Shown here one piece after another: positions 38,301 through 50,100 of a stretch of 64,000 nt of DNA; position 1 is the first letter of the stretch; every line of letters starts with the position of its first letter. Source of the DNA: Phoronis australis (Eukaryota; Animalia; Phoronida); the NCBI GenBank assembly GCA_002633005.1, contig NMRA01000221.1:1-64000 (forward strand). Direction: 5' to 3'. The notes below the pieces were generated by a model. That model did not search any database, was not told the DNA's origin, and was given only the letters and a program-made list of their open reading frames with translations. The position numbers and the translations under genes are program-made.

Positions 38301-41001
38301 AAAGTTTTAAACCTGTTTCAGGAGAATGACCTTGTACAACAGAAGATTCATGTCGACGTGTTCCCGATGTTATTTCGATAAAACTGGAGACAAATAAGCA
38401 AAAGAGGTCCTCGGGATACATTTGACTGTTACACGAAATCAAATATTTGAGCTCATTCACACGTTACTAACAAGCTCTCCATGGTAGCAAGTAACAGCAT
38501 ATGTCAATAAAAACAACCACGGTTTTAAATCGACTTTTTTGTTTTGGTGTCATTTATTCAAACACCATCATCAGAAGTGGCCACCTAGCTACGCCCAGCA
38601 ACAAGTAATGAAGCACAGATACAGACATTTACCGGGAGTGGAATGACAACCTGTGGTGTGGCAGTTGCCTATTGATATTGGGCTTGCACCAACTGATGTG
38701 TAGCACCTCACGAGTTTTAAGCTCCTCTGTTGTTTCTGCCTGGTCTATAATTACAAAGTCATTGAAAAAGCACTGCTGATAACAATGATTGGAACTCTGT
38801 AGATGAATATTTACATGTGAACTTCTGTCAGAATTTACATGTAGATGTTCCCGGGTCCTGGTTTTCAAATGGCGAACAGCTTCGCCTATATAACTGGAGC
38901 CACATCTAGCACAGATAAATTTGTACACTACCATGGACCGAAGACCCATAGGAATTTTGTCCTTAGGGTTAAATAAATTCCACAGTTTTAGAGACTTGAA
39001 TGTTAATACAACTTTTAAGTTTACACAGTAATCAGTCACCAAATCGTTTTCGCCAATATTGTCACTATATTCTCCCTTCTGATGATGGTGTTTGAATAAA
39101 TGAATACGAAACATGTCAAGTTAATTTAAAACCGTGTTTGTTTTTATTACTAACAAGCCATTTACGTCGACTGAGCTTCAGTCATTCACATAGATTGGCA
39201 ATATTAAATCATTTTGAGGATTGTTTATTCTGCCGTAAATTCCGGGCATCATTTAAGCTCATCACGAGCTCTGCCATATTCTTTTATATGGCAAAATAAC
39301 CTTTCCTTCTACGTTGCGCACAAATCATTGAATCTTACATGTGGCAAATTCATCCACGAACGTTTGTGGGCCATGATGGAGAACGATTATGATTTTTACG
39401 TTTTCCAGAGCTCGGACTGACTGAAATCAATGGCTTGTCGACAGGTCGGGAGTATTTCTGCTATATTGTATGTACCCGACCACAAACTATTTGACGTTGG
39501 CAGTGTGGTCGATGCACGGAAGCATTGTCACCGAAATAACGGGGAGGTTGGGGTAGCCTAACTACAGTGCTGATCGAATCCAACGTCCTATCGAACGCGG
39601 CTAGGCCGCGTCCGGATACGGGTTCCAAACCGCGGTTGGACCGAGGCTAGCTCAGGTCCGGACTTCGTCTGACCGCGGTTAATCCGAAGTGAAGTCGCGT
39701 CCGTGCTATGCCTTGGCTTTGTTTTTACTTCGCTCGGAAAGNCAACCGAGTTCAGAACGCGTCCGGGCGAAGCCTGACCTCACTCCGGTTGAAGGTCACC
39801 CGAGGCCTGACTGAGGCTGAAGTTCGTTCGATAGGACGTTGGATTCGATCAGCACTGTAGAATGGAGGTACATGTTTGCGTGAGAGGTTCAACATTTAAA
39901 ACACCAATATTACCCGAGTGTATTGGTTTTCAGGAATACTGCGTCTCCTCCGCCTCAATCTGTTGCCAAAAGAACCATTCACGAGGACCACAAGCACGGC
40001 CACCAAAAGACCTAGGTTCTTGAGAGGTGACCTTGAAATTAAGTACATGTACATGTCATGAGATTGGTTCAGGCTGAAACATGACAAGGTGGGTGTCAGC
40101 TGATAAGAGCTCCTTTTTGTGTATTCGAATACGAAGACACGGTTCTAGTGCAAAACTTTCATTTTTTCCAAGAAAGTGAACTTGCAATTGTCAGATTATT
40201 CCATTCGCATCTTCTGAGGTAATTGTAGTGCCAAAATGCCTGGAATCAAAAACCCTCTTGATGACAAAACACGGACCTTGTTTCATTTGAGTGTAGCTAT
40301 CTCAGCATAGTAAATATGCAGACGTTGGGGTTTGAAAACAGTGACCTATATTAAATAAACACAAACACATTAGGAACCTCAACTGGGAATCCAAACACAA
40401 GTCTTCAGTTTTTGGCGGTCTAGTTTGAAGACCCCTGGTTCGAATCCCAGTTAAGGTTCATGATTTTTTCTGTATTTATTTCATAGATCAAAATGAATCT
40501 TGAATCATATACTTGACATGATCGAAGAGCCAGTTGGATCAAAGGTGTTAGTTCTAGAAATCGTATATATCAATGTTAACCCATTCTTTGACAAAGTGGA
40601 CCTTTGCCATTAGCTTCACAGTTTTTCGTTACTAATGAGTAAACGCTTCCACATACGCGTCAATGATTTTTGCCTGTCAGGTTTTTTATTTACCCACAAA
40701 CATCATGCTATGAGTGACACAAGTTTGACTTCTCATAGAATTAGCTTGAAATGACATATCGAGGTTTAGAATATCGCCAGATCGTCGTTTGCACTTTGCT
40801 AGCACTAATTTGGTTTCATTTAAGGTTTCATTACTACTGTACCTACCGATAATCAAAAGCAGTTTACTGGCAAACATTCAGACGCATCTAACAGTTGCCA
40901 ACAAACTGATGGAGTGCTGTTAGATGAAAGACTTTTTTCATATTGCATAAGGCCTTGTCATATTACATGTAAAAACTAATGAGAAGATATTCTACTTACA
41001 T
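29363..41001 (-). CDS. Spliced gene A: small secreted prohormone-like precursor with a single KR-flanked EF-hand (3' end unresolved)
   Basis: Minus-strand exons: 41001-41000 (AT, donor GTAAGT), 40031-39914, 35042-34973, 30177-30088; phases 2,0,1 are consistent. Protein [93 protein letters not shown]... Loop DLNGNGVLDTYE fits the canonical EF-hand pattern. The end is either a direct splice to 29370 (PW*, stop at 29363) or a longer chain 29925-29909, 29524-29465, 29370-29239. Confidence 0.75.
30088..30177 (-). CDS. Gene A exon 4 ([30 protein letters not shown])
   Basis: Acceptor tgtacttgcag, donor C|GTGAGT; symmetric phase 1-1, 90 nt. Confidence 0.8.
31394..34423 (+). mobile_element. Decayed, internally deleted Academ-like element
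   Basis: Starts TAGTCGGTAGGCCAG; its terminal region is repeated at 1-283. Remnant coding includes a C-terminal Cys-rich finger (RCKCKKNMC..C..C..C..C..CSN, 33655-33760) like that at 51015-51120. Right boundary is uncertain. Confidence 0.55.
34973..35042 (-). CDS. Gene A exon 3 (IDENLAKRALGASDDELKEMDLN)
   Basis: Acceptor cgctgtttcag, donor G|GTAAAT; 70 nt; the paralogous exon 59877-59808 has the same length and five synonymous codon differences. Confidence 0.85.
35949..36105 (+). mobile_element. MITE, CAGTGGCGGAT family, 5-bp TSD
   Basis: CAGTGGCGGAT...ATCCGTCCCTG flanked by GGACA on both sides. Confidence 0.75.
38503..39150 (-). mobile_element. 5'-truncated Penelope-like retroelement (GIY-YIG endonuclease end) with inverted pLTR segment
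   Basis: ORF 38629..39114 contains VVYKFICARCGSSYIGEAVRHLKTRTREH...REVLHISWCKPNINRQ; 38503-38577 and 39076-39150 are inverted copies. Confidence 0.85.
39076..39120 (+). ncRNA. Minimal hammerhead ribozyme-like motif in the Penelope pLTR
   Basis: CUU-CUGAUGA-(stem II GUGUUU/GAAUAC)-GAAAC-AU-GUC-AAG; palindromic stem III (ACAUGU). Confidence 0.55.
39565..39857. mobile_element. Tc1/mariner-type MITE or gap-truncated element
   Basis: 33-bp perfect TIR CAGTGCTGATCGAATCCAACGTCCTATCGAACG with TA TSD; contains an N at 39742; absent at the paralogous position near 61331. Confidence 0.85.
39914..40031 (-). CDS. Gene A exon 2: signal peptide and poly-Arg convertase site
   Basis: Acceptor ttaatttcaag, donor CGG|GTAATA; within ORF 39896..40087; LGLLVAVLVVLVNGSFG followed by RLRRRRRS. 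Confidence 0.75.
40342..40490. repeat. Imperfect inverted repeat with a tRNA T-arm/B-box-like motif
   Basis: About 65-bp arms 40342-40407 and 40426-40490; the right arm has GGTTCGAATCCC. Confidence 0.55.
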
Positions 41002-43259
41002 TTGTCAAAATTTATCACTCCAAGTTCCTTTCTGAAGTTAATGTTCTCTCCAGCGCTGCACGATTGCTCAATAATTAACTCAAACCAGGGGAATGTTTTT
41101 AAACTGTGTACTCAGTGCTGAGGGTTACTGAGGTTCACTGAAGGGAGGACGGATTTGACATCTTGTTGGTGATTTGCCGATTAGATGGAAGATAACATTC
41201 GGAAATTCTGATTGGATGGAAAATAGATATTGTCGTTATGAAGCACGTGATCACACTGGCTTTTCTGTTGAGTGCCTGAAGAGTTCAGTCCAGACCTGTA
41301 TTAATGTACTGTAGACGGCAACGTCCGAATACGACCGAAAAGCGGTTTATTCTATATTAATATAGAGATTCCCGCCCGAAGGTGGCCAACGAGTAGGGGC
41401 CCCTTTAGCTTTGGTGGGCATTGTGTGGGGTTGCCTATGAGAGGGTTCCATTCAACAGCCGCCTTCAGGCTGAGCCCCACTGGACAATTGTTGATCCACA
41501 ATTAGAATTTTTTTGCGCTGGTGCGGGCCTTCATGCACTACTGGCCATTGATGTTGCTAAGACGACCGTGTGATACATGTGAAATTGTGGTACACAATTT
41601 AAATTTTATTTCAGTGAGCAGTTGTGCTGGTACCGGCACTGCCACAAATAAATCAAACCAGCAGCTATGATTCGTATTCTGTTAAGCTACAAACAAACTA
41701 ATCAACAAAGATAACAGGCGCCGTTTTCAGCCACTTAACTTTATTTCCGAAAGCGCAAATTCATTCTTAGACAAATCTCGCGGGACAACATTTCCGTGGT
41801 GTCCGAATTTGGTGGACCTTCAAAGTTTGCCTTTTCACTATTGTCCAAACGTTTTCAGTGAAATAGTTTCAAAAAGTCGTCTAAAATGTCTGCATGACCA
41901 CAAACAGGCGATAATCATTTTTGACTAGAAATAATGCAAACATCGCTCCTGAAATTAAAGCATTATTGATGTGTACTCTTGAATCTTAGCCAGTTGAGCC
42001 ATTCGTGTTATTCACCCTTGGACAATGTGAATTATATTGAAGAAAGAATATCGTGCTTGCACTTCCAAGACACAAATAGCTCTTTTCTGACGGTTGAGAC
42101 CATTGGTTCAAAAAGCGCATTGTCCATCAAATGTGTTTTGCGTTAAACATGACCGTTATAGATGTGAGAACAAGAGCAATCAATAGCTAGAGCAGAGTGT
42201 ACATGTACGTTCAGATTTGTTAAACGTATCAATGCATTTTTTGCAAGTTACAAAACGAAACACAGACTCTCTCTGACACGTGAATTTCCATACTAACTAC
42301 ACGCTCTGTTTCAACATGAAACGAAAGAATAATTATCCAAAAAAAATCACAACAAAGATAACAGCATGAGTACTGGTAGTTTACCGTCATCTCATGATCG
42401 CCAGAATTAAATAGTCTAGTTGGATCGGGCTGGATCGAGTCGTACAGTGCACGGCTGAAGACACGATCAAACCAAAGTATGGTCCAGAACGAAGCAGCCC
42501 ACAAAGTAAATACAATATTATTTCAAACTGAACTTACAGAAAAACTCACCCACTTAGGAAATAATGCCTTAAGTGTGAGCGTACTGTACTGACCGACCTC
42601 CACGAAGAAAACGTTAAACGAAACTGTACCAAATGAAATTTTCATGGTTCTTGTACAGCACAATCCCGACGTATACAGGACTAAGAAGATCCACACTAGA
42701 TTTCCGTATAAAAGACGGGCAGAATTTATGCCCGGTGCGTAGAAAATACATTCGTGACACATATTTGCAAATAAAGTGCCATGGTTGAAACCTAAAAAAT
42801 TCGCCAGCGAAACAGAGCCTCTTATGAACTGCTCATTCAATACCCTTTTGATGTACAGAGACTACAAAATCTACAACCGAAATGGGTTACGTCCTACATG
42901 TATATAGCAAGTAGTGGTATTGAACAAGTTGCAAGCCGAAGGTTTGGAATTGGCCAGTCGAATGCATATTCCGTTCGAGGTGTGTCATTGGTTCTGGAGA
43001 GCAATACGGATGTTAAACAGTAGCTGTTACGTTTTTGCACGTTTTTGAAGACGTGTGCTGCATTCTGCATAATACAGCTGCTGAATCTAAGATGTTAGAC
43101 GGGGAACTGACAACAGTTTCAAAGAAAACGCCCGTGGAGGCCCTAAAATAGGCATGTAACGCCGTTCTCTTGTTGTTGTTCGCGGTCCTGAATCCAATTA
43201 TCAAATACGCCTGTAAGTGAGTCGAGTTTATACGGCCTCAAAGCCGACGCCAATGAAAG

Positions 43260-44383
43260 TAAGGAGTGTAGTATAATAGGAGAGCTCACTTGAGAGTTCA
43301 CTAGCGCCGCCAAGTGGTGAATAAGCAACGGTCAAATAGGAAGCGCGAGAACAAAGGGGAAGGGCGCATTTTGCAGTGCGATGAATTGCACTAATTCATC
43401 CACGAAAACCCCAGGCGTGTCATTTTTTACGTTCCCTAAGGATCCAGAAGGTCAGGATTATTTGTTATTCAAAAATATGATACATTATTTTTCATTTTTT
43501 GTGTTTTGCTCGCGGTTGGAAAACAAGTTAATCGCAGTCCCGGTGTCGCTGTCGTCTGTTGTAAGCTACTGCACAGGCTACGCTCTGCCATTTGTAAATA
43601 ATTTGGTGTCAGTACATGTATATGTCTACTAAGATTATATGTGAAGGAGCATCAGAATGTAATACAGTGTTGTGTTAGTGATGAATTGTCTTCCTTCCTC
43701 CTTCTTTCTTGTGTTACACCTTCTGCACAAACCAATTGTCTGCACAGGTAGCAGTCTGGCGTATTCAATATGGAACACTTTTAAAATTGTTGAGTGGACA
43801 TGAAACGCACAGTGTGCTGGGTATACTTTGTAATGAAAAGTTGAAAAACACACAGAATGGTACTGGAACATGATGGCCACCAGTCATTACAAGAAAATTC
43901 CTTGGGTCATGCACAAAATGAGGGCCAATCTTATCACCATCTCAGCACATGTTGTCAATGGTCAGGGGAACAACCATAATTTGTGACGATGGGAGGGTCT
44001 CAGCACTCATGTGGCATACCCCAGTGGTTTTTACTTGTATAGCACTCTTGCCATGTACCGCCATGGGAGGGGGCCAGCACATGCCCATTTGGCTCCCACC
44101 TGGTTTGCACTCCTCCCTTGTACCCCTTTGCTAGCATCGAGGGCAACTCCCCCTGAACCCAAGGAGCAATCACTAAAATTGTGTAGTCCATGGAGGTATG
44201 GAATGCTATAAGCAACGGTAATTTGTCTTATTAAGAATTCAACTTGAAACAAAAGCATGATTGCCTTTGAAGTGAGCTTCAAGAGAATGAAAGCAAAGAT
44301 ATTGATTAAAACACACATTTTAAGTCTCATTCGATTGTTGTTGAATGGCGGAGCGAACTCTTCTATTCTATGTTCACTCCTTG
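43260..44383 (+). mobile_element. Non-autonomous P-element/THAP-type DNA transposon
   Basis: Imperfect TIR (T)AAGGAGTG.../...CACTCCTTG with 7-bp TSD ATGAAAG (43253-43259, 44384-44390); THAP exon GKGAFCSAMNCTNSSTKTPGVSFFTFPKDPE followed by a GT donor. Confidence 0.8.
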
Positions 44384-45190
44384 ATGAAAGTTCGTTTAGT
44401 GGGAAATCGAATTCATTTCCCGATTCCTCCAGTACTTGACTCAGATGCCTGAATCCATTCTCTTCTCTATGTGCAGTAATGGCATAATTTGTAACATGAT
44501 ACATCTGGTGATAGAACTCACTACCCAAAATAACTGCAGCCAATACTCTCTCTCTTCGCATATGTACATGTACTCTATCCACTATGGAGCACACATTTGT
44601 AACCATATCCCACAGATGTTTTAACATTATTTAAAAATGTAATTCCACTGGTTTTTCGCCGGTTGCCGTCGAAAAGTGCTGCTTTTACACAAGGCATTGG
44701 CACTCGTCCATCTCTCGTTATTTGACGCTGCACCGTCTTCAGACGAAGTACCTATTGTATAGTTAGGAACCTCTATCAAATACATGTATATGATCTGGTG
44801 ATCAAATATCCAGTAATGTTCCAACGAACGATATCAGATTCAGCCACAAAACACGTACAAAGCACAGCCCAAACACAATACTACCAATGGCACGAAAAAT
44901 GAAGAGGCATACAGAGCACAAAAAGTGGCAGATCTAAGACAGAGGCCACTGGACATACTGTAACTCTAAGCATTTACCACGTCACAATTAGGTTCAAAGA
45001 TTCATCAAACAGAGAGAGGTACTACAAACTAAAGAAAGTTAACACTTGTCTTCCCAGCCAACTGTACAACCAGAGCAATGTCACGACAACCAGATCGGAG
45101 TTAAAAGCACTGGAAAATAACAATAAAATGTCTTGTTTCAGTTTCACGATCACTTGCTTCCAATATTCCCATGAACCTCAGTATGCACAC

Positions 45191-45592
45191 TGTCACGTTT
45201 TTCCCCGTGTGTGGGTGGGCGCAGGTTGTTACAGACCGGTGCTAATAGCTTTCGGTGCGACGATAGACTGAAGACTTGGTTCGAGTTAATCCTTTATTAA
45301 TCCCAATCGTACGTTCACAAGCCTACTCAAACAAAACGTCCGACGTAATGTCTGTTTATGCTCCAACCAGTGCTGCGAAGCCTTGACTTGTGATGAACTT
45401 CTGAGACACGTTCAGCAACTGTTACCCTCGTCTATTCAATAACTTGATGTCTCTATAGCTGGCTCTCTATTGATTATCGCTGTAACTGCTGATTCTCTTC
45501 ACCACTGTACTTAACTCAGGGGTCATGCCAATCGAACAGAATAACAAAACAAAACAATACAACTTAAAATACTGTCAGACTATATTCTGACA
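45191..45592 (-). mobile_element. Solo LTR, same family as 28330-28995, with an internal deletion
   Basis: TGTCA...TGACA with TSD CACAC; reverse-complement homology, lacking about 265 bp that include the TATA region. Confidence 0.8.
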
Positions 45593-47166
45593 CACACACG
45601 GACAAAATAATGCTGCTAATTCTTATTTCAGTTAAACAAAAGACTTCTAACATCTGGCGGTAATGTGATCGTATTCTGCGCGCGCAATAAAATATTTTAA
45701 AAATATAACACAAATTTTCATCCGCAATTTTGACAGAAAAAACAGAACTTCGATAGAGAACTTTTTGATTGTAACTCAAGCAGATTTAGCTATAATAATC
45801 ACATTCAGAAACATTATTTTGAGAATTTGTCTAACGAACTGACACGCTACAGCTTACGCATGAAGGCCTAAATCGACCAAAAAATAAAACAGCAGAAAAT
45901 TATCTGTAAGTAAGTTATCTGCTACTTTGGTGTACTTGCTAGCATAGCATGATGAAGTGCAAATATTTTCAATGTTTGAATTGAAAGTGATCGTCAAATA
46001 TGTTGTTCATCCAGGGTCCATTTTGCTTGTGGATTGGTGGATTGACATGCAAGCGTGTGCACGGGTGTGCGTTTCCGTTCTTGACTGAAAGTTCTCTACC
46101 TTCGAAAGTCCACAATTCCGAATGCAGAGCTCCGACTTTTCTTTACTCTGATTGTCTACTAATGAGTCGAAACTGGTATGAATGAAGTATTGTATTTGTG
46201 TCCATTTTGTCACCATTTAAAAGGTGTACAAGTGTTGAATAGTTCCTAAAACATTGATTACATTGTTTACAAAAGAGCGCAGTTCCGATCACTGCCAATC
46301 GTGATTCTTGAATCTAACTAAAGGTTCATTCTCATTTAGGGATAACATCTTGGGCACGGGTCTGGTCTGCGGTGACCAAAGGCTGTTTTAGGAAAACTGA
46401 ATGAGACTTTTTTTTGAAGACTTGCAGGTACAAAGTAGACTACTACATATGTACATTTAGTTTCAACCCGGTCTTGCGAGTAGTTCCGGTGGGTGAGGTT
46501 GAGGTACAGCGGCCCTAAACTTTTCAGTCGCGCCGTGAAATGATGCGACGTTGACACGGATTTGATGAATGTATATCGGTTGATAGTTCATCAGTATTCC
46601 TACTTCATATTGTTTTAGAAATGCAGGTGTGTAATCGTTTCTCCGTATTCGTAAAACGTGCGGGCAAATTCTCATGAGCATGATACACAAACAAAGGGAT
46701 TTATTACCCGGGCGTTATTTTCAGTATACCTGCATTTAATAACCGAAGTGTCGCATATTTTTGCTGGTAAAAGTATAACAATTACACTTCAGTCCGAAAT
46801 TTGAGATATTTTTGATGTAGTGAACCTTTGGAAGAGTGGGTTGTTTCTATTTCTAGAGATGTAAGAAACTTAATAGGTAACAAGCAAAAAATATAATGAG
46901 AAGAAAAATTACGTCAACTCATGTACTGTACGTAACGATGTGCAATCATTCATTTAAACACGCCTGATTATGTTACTTTCGAATATGAGTTCCATTCTTT
47001 GCGAGAAACACTCACGGCATCCTCATTTCTCGAGAACAAATTCCGTCTTATCTCAGTAACTTAGAGCTGAAACCCATCGTTTCCGTACTTACAGATTCCT
47101 TTTGCTCGTAATTAATCTGCGTCAAGGGTCTCACCTAAAACTCTATTGTTGACGTTTACAAAATAT

Positions 47167-50100
47167 TAGTCCAGTCATTCTAGGGCTCCAGAGGGCCCAA
47201 TCTAGAAAAAAATGCAACAGAAGGTTTTTTTGCGTAAATGGCATCTTCAAACATCCCTTGGTGACAGAAAAAAAATCTACCGAAATCGGAGTGGCGGAAG
47301 TCGGTTTTTCAAAATGGCGGAAAAAATGGCCGACAAAACCGGTGATTACTGTTTTCTGGCATATTACTCTTATGTAACAGCTAAAAATAACACAATAAAG
47401 TTTGTCATTGATTATATTCTTTTCCTAACAGGCATACCAATCAAAAGATGCCAAATTTCCGTAAAATAAAACCAATATGGCCGACAGAATGGCGGCCGAA
47501 ACGGCAATTTGGTACATGTTGCAAGATTTCTTTTCATATTTTGCCCTGAAAATGGCAAAAGTTTTATTCTTTTGTAAGTTAGACAATTGAAAATATCTGG
47601 ACCTTACAATTGGTCACTGGATTGCGAGAAAAAAATCAAGATGGCTGACAAAATGGCCGCCAAAATTGCTGCCAATTCACAAACCCCAATTTACCGCAAT
47701 TACGTTCTGCAAACATTGTTTGTAACCTGATACACATTTACACAAAAACATTTTACAATCTACAGTCAGGGTTAATGAGTTGATTGTTTCTATCATTTGT
47801 TTCTAAGATTTATATACTAAATGTGTAATTTCAGTCACCTTTTAGATTATATAATACAAAAGTTAGTGTTTTTCAGAAAAGGCTTTAGTTAAATTTTCAT
47901 AATAAATTTCACAAACTCAATTATTTTTCTGTAAAATATATTCATTTGAGGTATCAAAAATATTATTAGTCAGAAAAATATGTTATTCTGGTGGAGTTAT
48001 TGGCTCATTTATTATACAAACCTTAATAAAATTGGGCAGGAAGTGGCTTTTTTCTCTGCTATTGGAGATATTATTAGTTGTTCCCAAGCATTTATTTCGT
48101 CTGCTGCTGGCATGTATTGAGAAATGGCTGCTGATTTCACTTGAATTTAAAAAAAGTTATTAATTAAATTTTAATAGTTAGGACCCACAATTTGTTTAAT
48201 GTGCATGTTTTTTATGAACATATAAGGTAACTGATTTTAGAGGAAATTAGTGCCTGCAAACAAAACGATAGTGATCTGCAGTCACTTGTTCTTAGCCAGG
48301 CTTGGAAGATTTCATGCTGAGATGAGCTTTCTGGAATGTATTGGATACGTAATGTCAAGCACAGGGCTTCAAGGAGTTCTTGAGACGGTGTATGCATCAA
48401 ACAGTGTAATCCTTATGTTAAATGGAAGAAGTGTGGATAAAGCAGTGAGGGTCCATATGTTGGTAGACTCAGCACTGAATGCTATCATAAAAGCCAGAAC
48501 ATTCAACATGGCACTTCCAAATATTGACAGATCAAGTAACGCCAATCCAAAACCAATGAAGAAAGAAATTCAGGCTCTTCAGAAATTCCAGGAGTCCGGA
48601 ATGTCACCAACACAGATTACATGCCAAGAGGTGGAGCAGTTCAATGCTTGTACACAAACTTTGGCTAGTCAGAACATGGAGACAGATTCTTCAGACTTCT
48701 CGGACATCCCAACTGATCACATAACTAGATGTATACTATAGGGCATGCCATGCCCAGCCAGTGTCTTCCGATTCTGAACCTTGGATTACAGTGGAATGCC
48801 CTCACGAGAGTTCACTTCTGGTTTCCGACCTACTGCCATTGGTATATTCAAAAAACGACTGAATCAGGATATAGGTCTTCAGAATTCACAGTGACAGAGA
48901 ATAGTTCGTCAGAAGAATCAATGGACAATGATATTCTTCATGATGAATTGAGAGCTGGTCTGAAGCGGTATGATGATCTTATTGCTGGCATGACGTCTGT
49001 GTGCGACGATGTACATGTATGCTCGTCGGAGTGTCTTGTGGGTATCCATAAAAAATCAAAGCACATAAATCAGACTTGTCTAGGCAAAGTCCAATCAGTA
49101 GTCTTTGACTACAGTATATGAAGGTGACTGACATCTTTCGACTTTTTTAAAAGCAGAAATAACGTCGGATTGGGAGCTTCACCTAAAAGCAGTTTTTGAA
49201 ATGCTGCCTTACTTTGCAGCTGCTGGTCACAACTCTTATGCAAAATTGTCATACATATACTTGACTGAAGCAGACGTAGCAACTCAAAGACACCCGTCCA
49301 GACGTCTACGGCCAGGGCAGGCTTGTCATAATGAGACATGACCTTGTAATTTAACAAATGCTCATGAAATGTATTAAAACAACAGGAGGTTTAACTAGAG
49401 GTTGCGAAATGGGAGATACACAGAGTGCACCGTGGCTGCTTTCCTTGCCGGCATGATCAAGTATAAATGGTTACATGCAGACTGTGACAAAAAATTGAAA
49501 AAGGTCAGCAGCATAAAGAATGTACCCAGACAAAGACATCCGCAGCCTTGTTGAATTCCTCCACAACAGCATCCCATTTTAAAGAAAAACATTACAGAAC
49601 ATCGCCACAGGTGTGACTGCAGGCACATGCGTCAGTGCCGAAAATGCCAGAGAATTGGGGAAGGCGGTTCACTTGTCTATGGAGGGGTCAAGTGTGAAAG
49701 ACTTCACATTCAGAAAGAAAGACAAGGTTGTGGCAATGACAAGTCTATCAGTTCATGCTGCTAATAATAATTTTACACAAGTGGATCCACGACTGCTATT
49801 TCAGCGAATCCTGACAGCTGCAAAAGACAACAGTGAAAGTTTATCAAGCCTTTTGAAGTTTGAGCAGTGTGTTGGTTCCCCTGTTCTTTTTGATACATTT
49901 GGTCTTCCCAGAGTCACTAATAAATCAATATGAGCTTATGCACTCTGGTCCAGTGGAGGACTACCTGAGGATTTCAATTTCCAGAAAACACAGTGATGCA
50001 TGTAATCGACAGCGGTTCTCTCCTTCACCGTATTCCATGGCCTAGAGGTGCAACGTATCAGTCATTTGGTAGAGCTTATGTGGATTACATCAGCAAGTGC

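Noticed and set aside
40426-40460. Possible tRNA gene (GGTTCGAATCCC)
   Set aside because: No D-arm/A-box or pairing acceptor stem; part of an inverted repeat.
44031-44627. Longest ORF in the track (198 aa)
   Set aside because: It crosses the terminus of the P-type element into unrelated flank and has no recognisable domain.
47212-47469. ORFs 47212..47469, 51448..51882 and 51892..52203 encode similar peptides (KMADKMAA)
   Set aside because: They are translations of the Academ TIRs and subterminal repeats, not a gene family.
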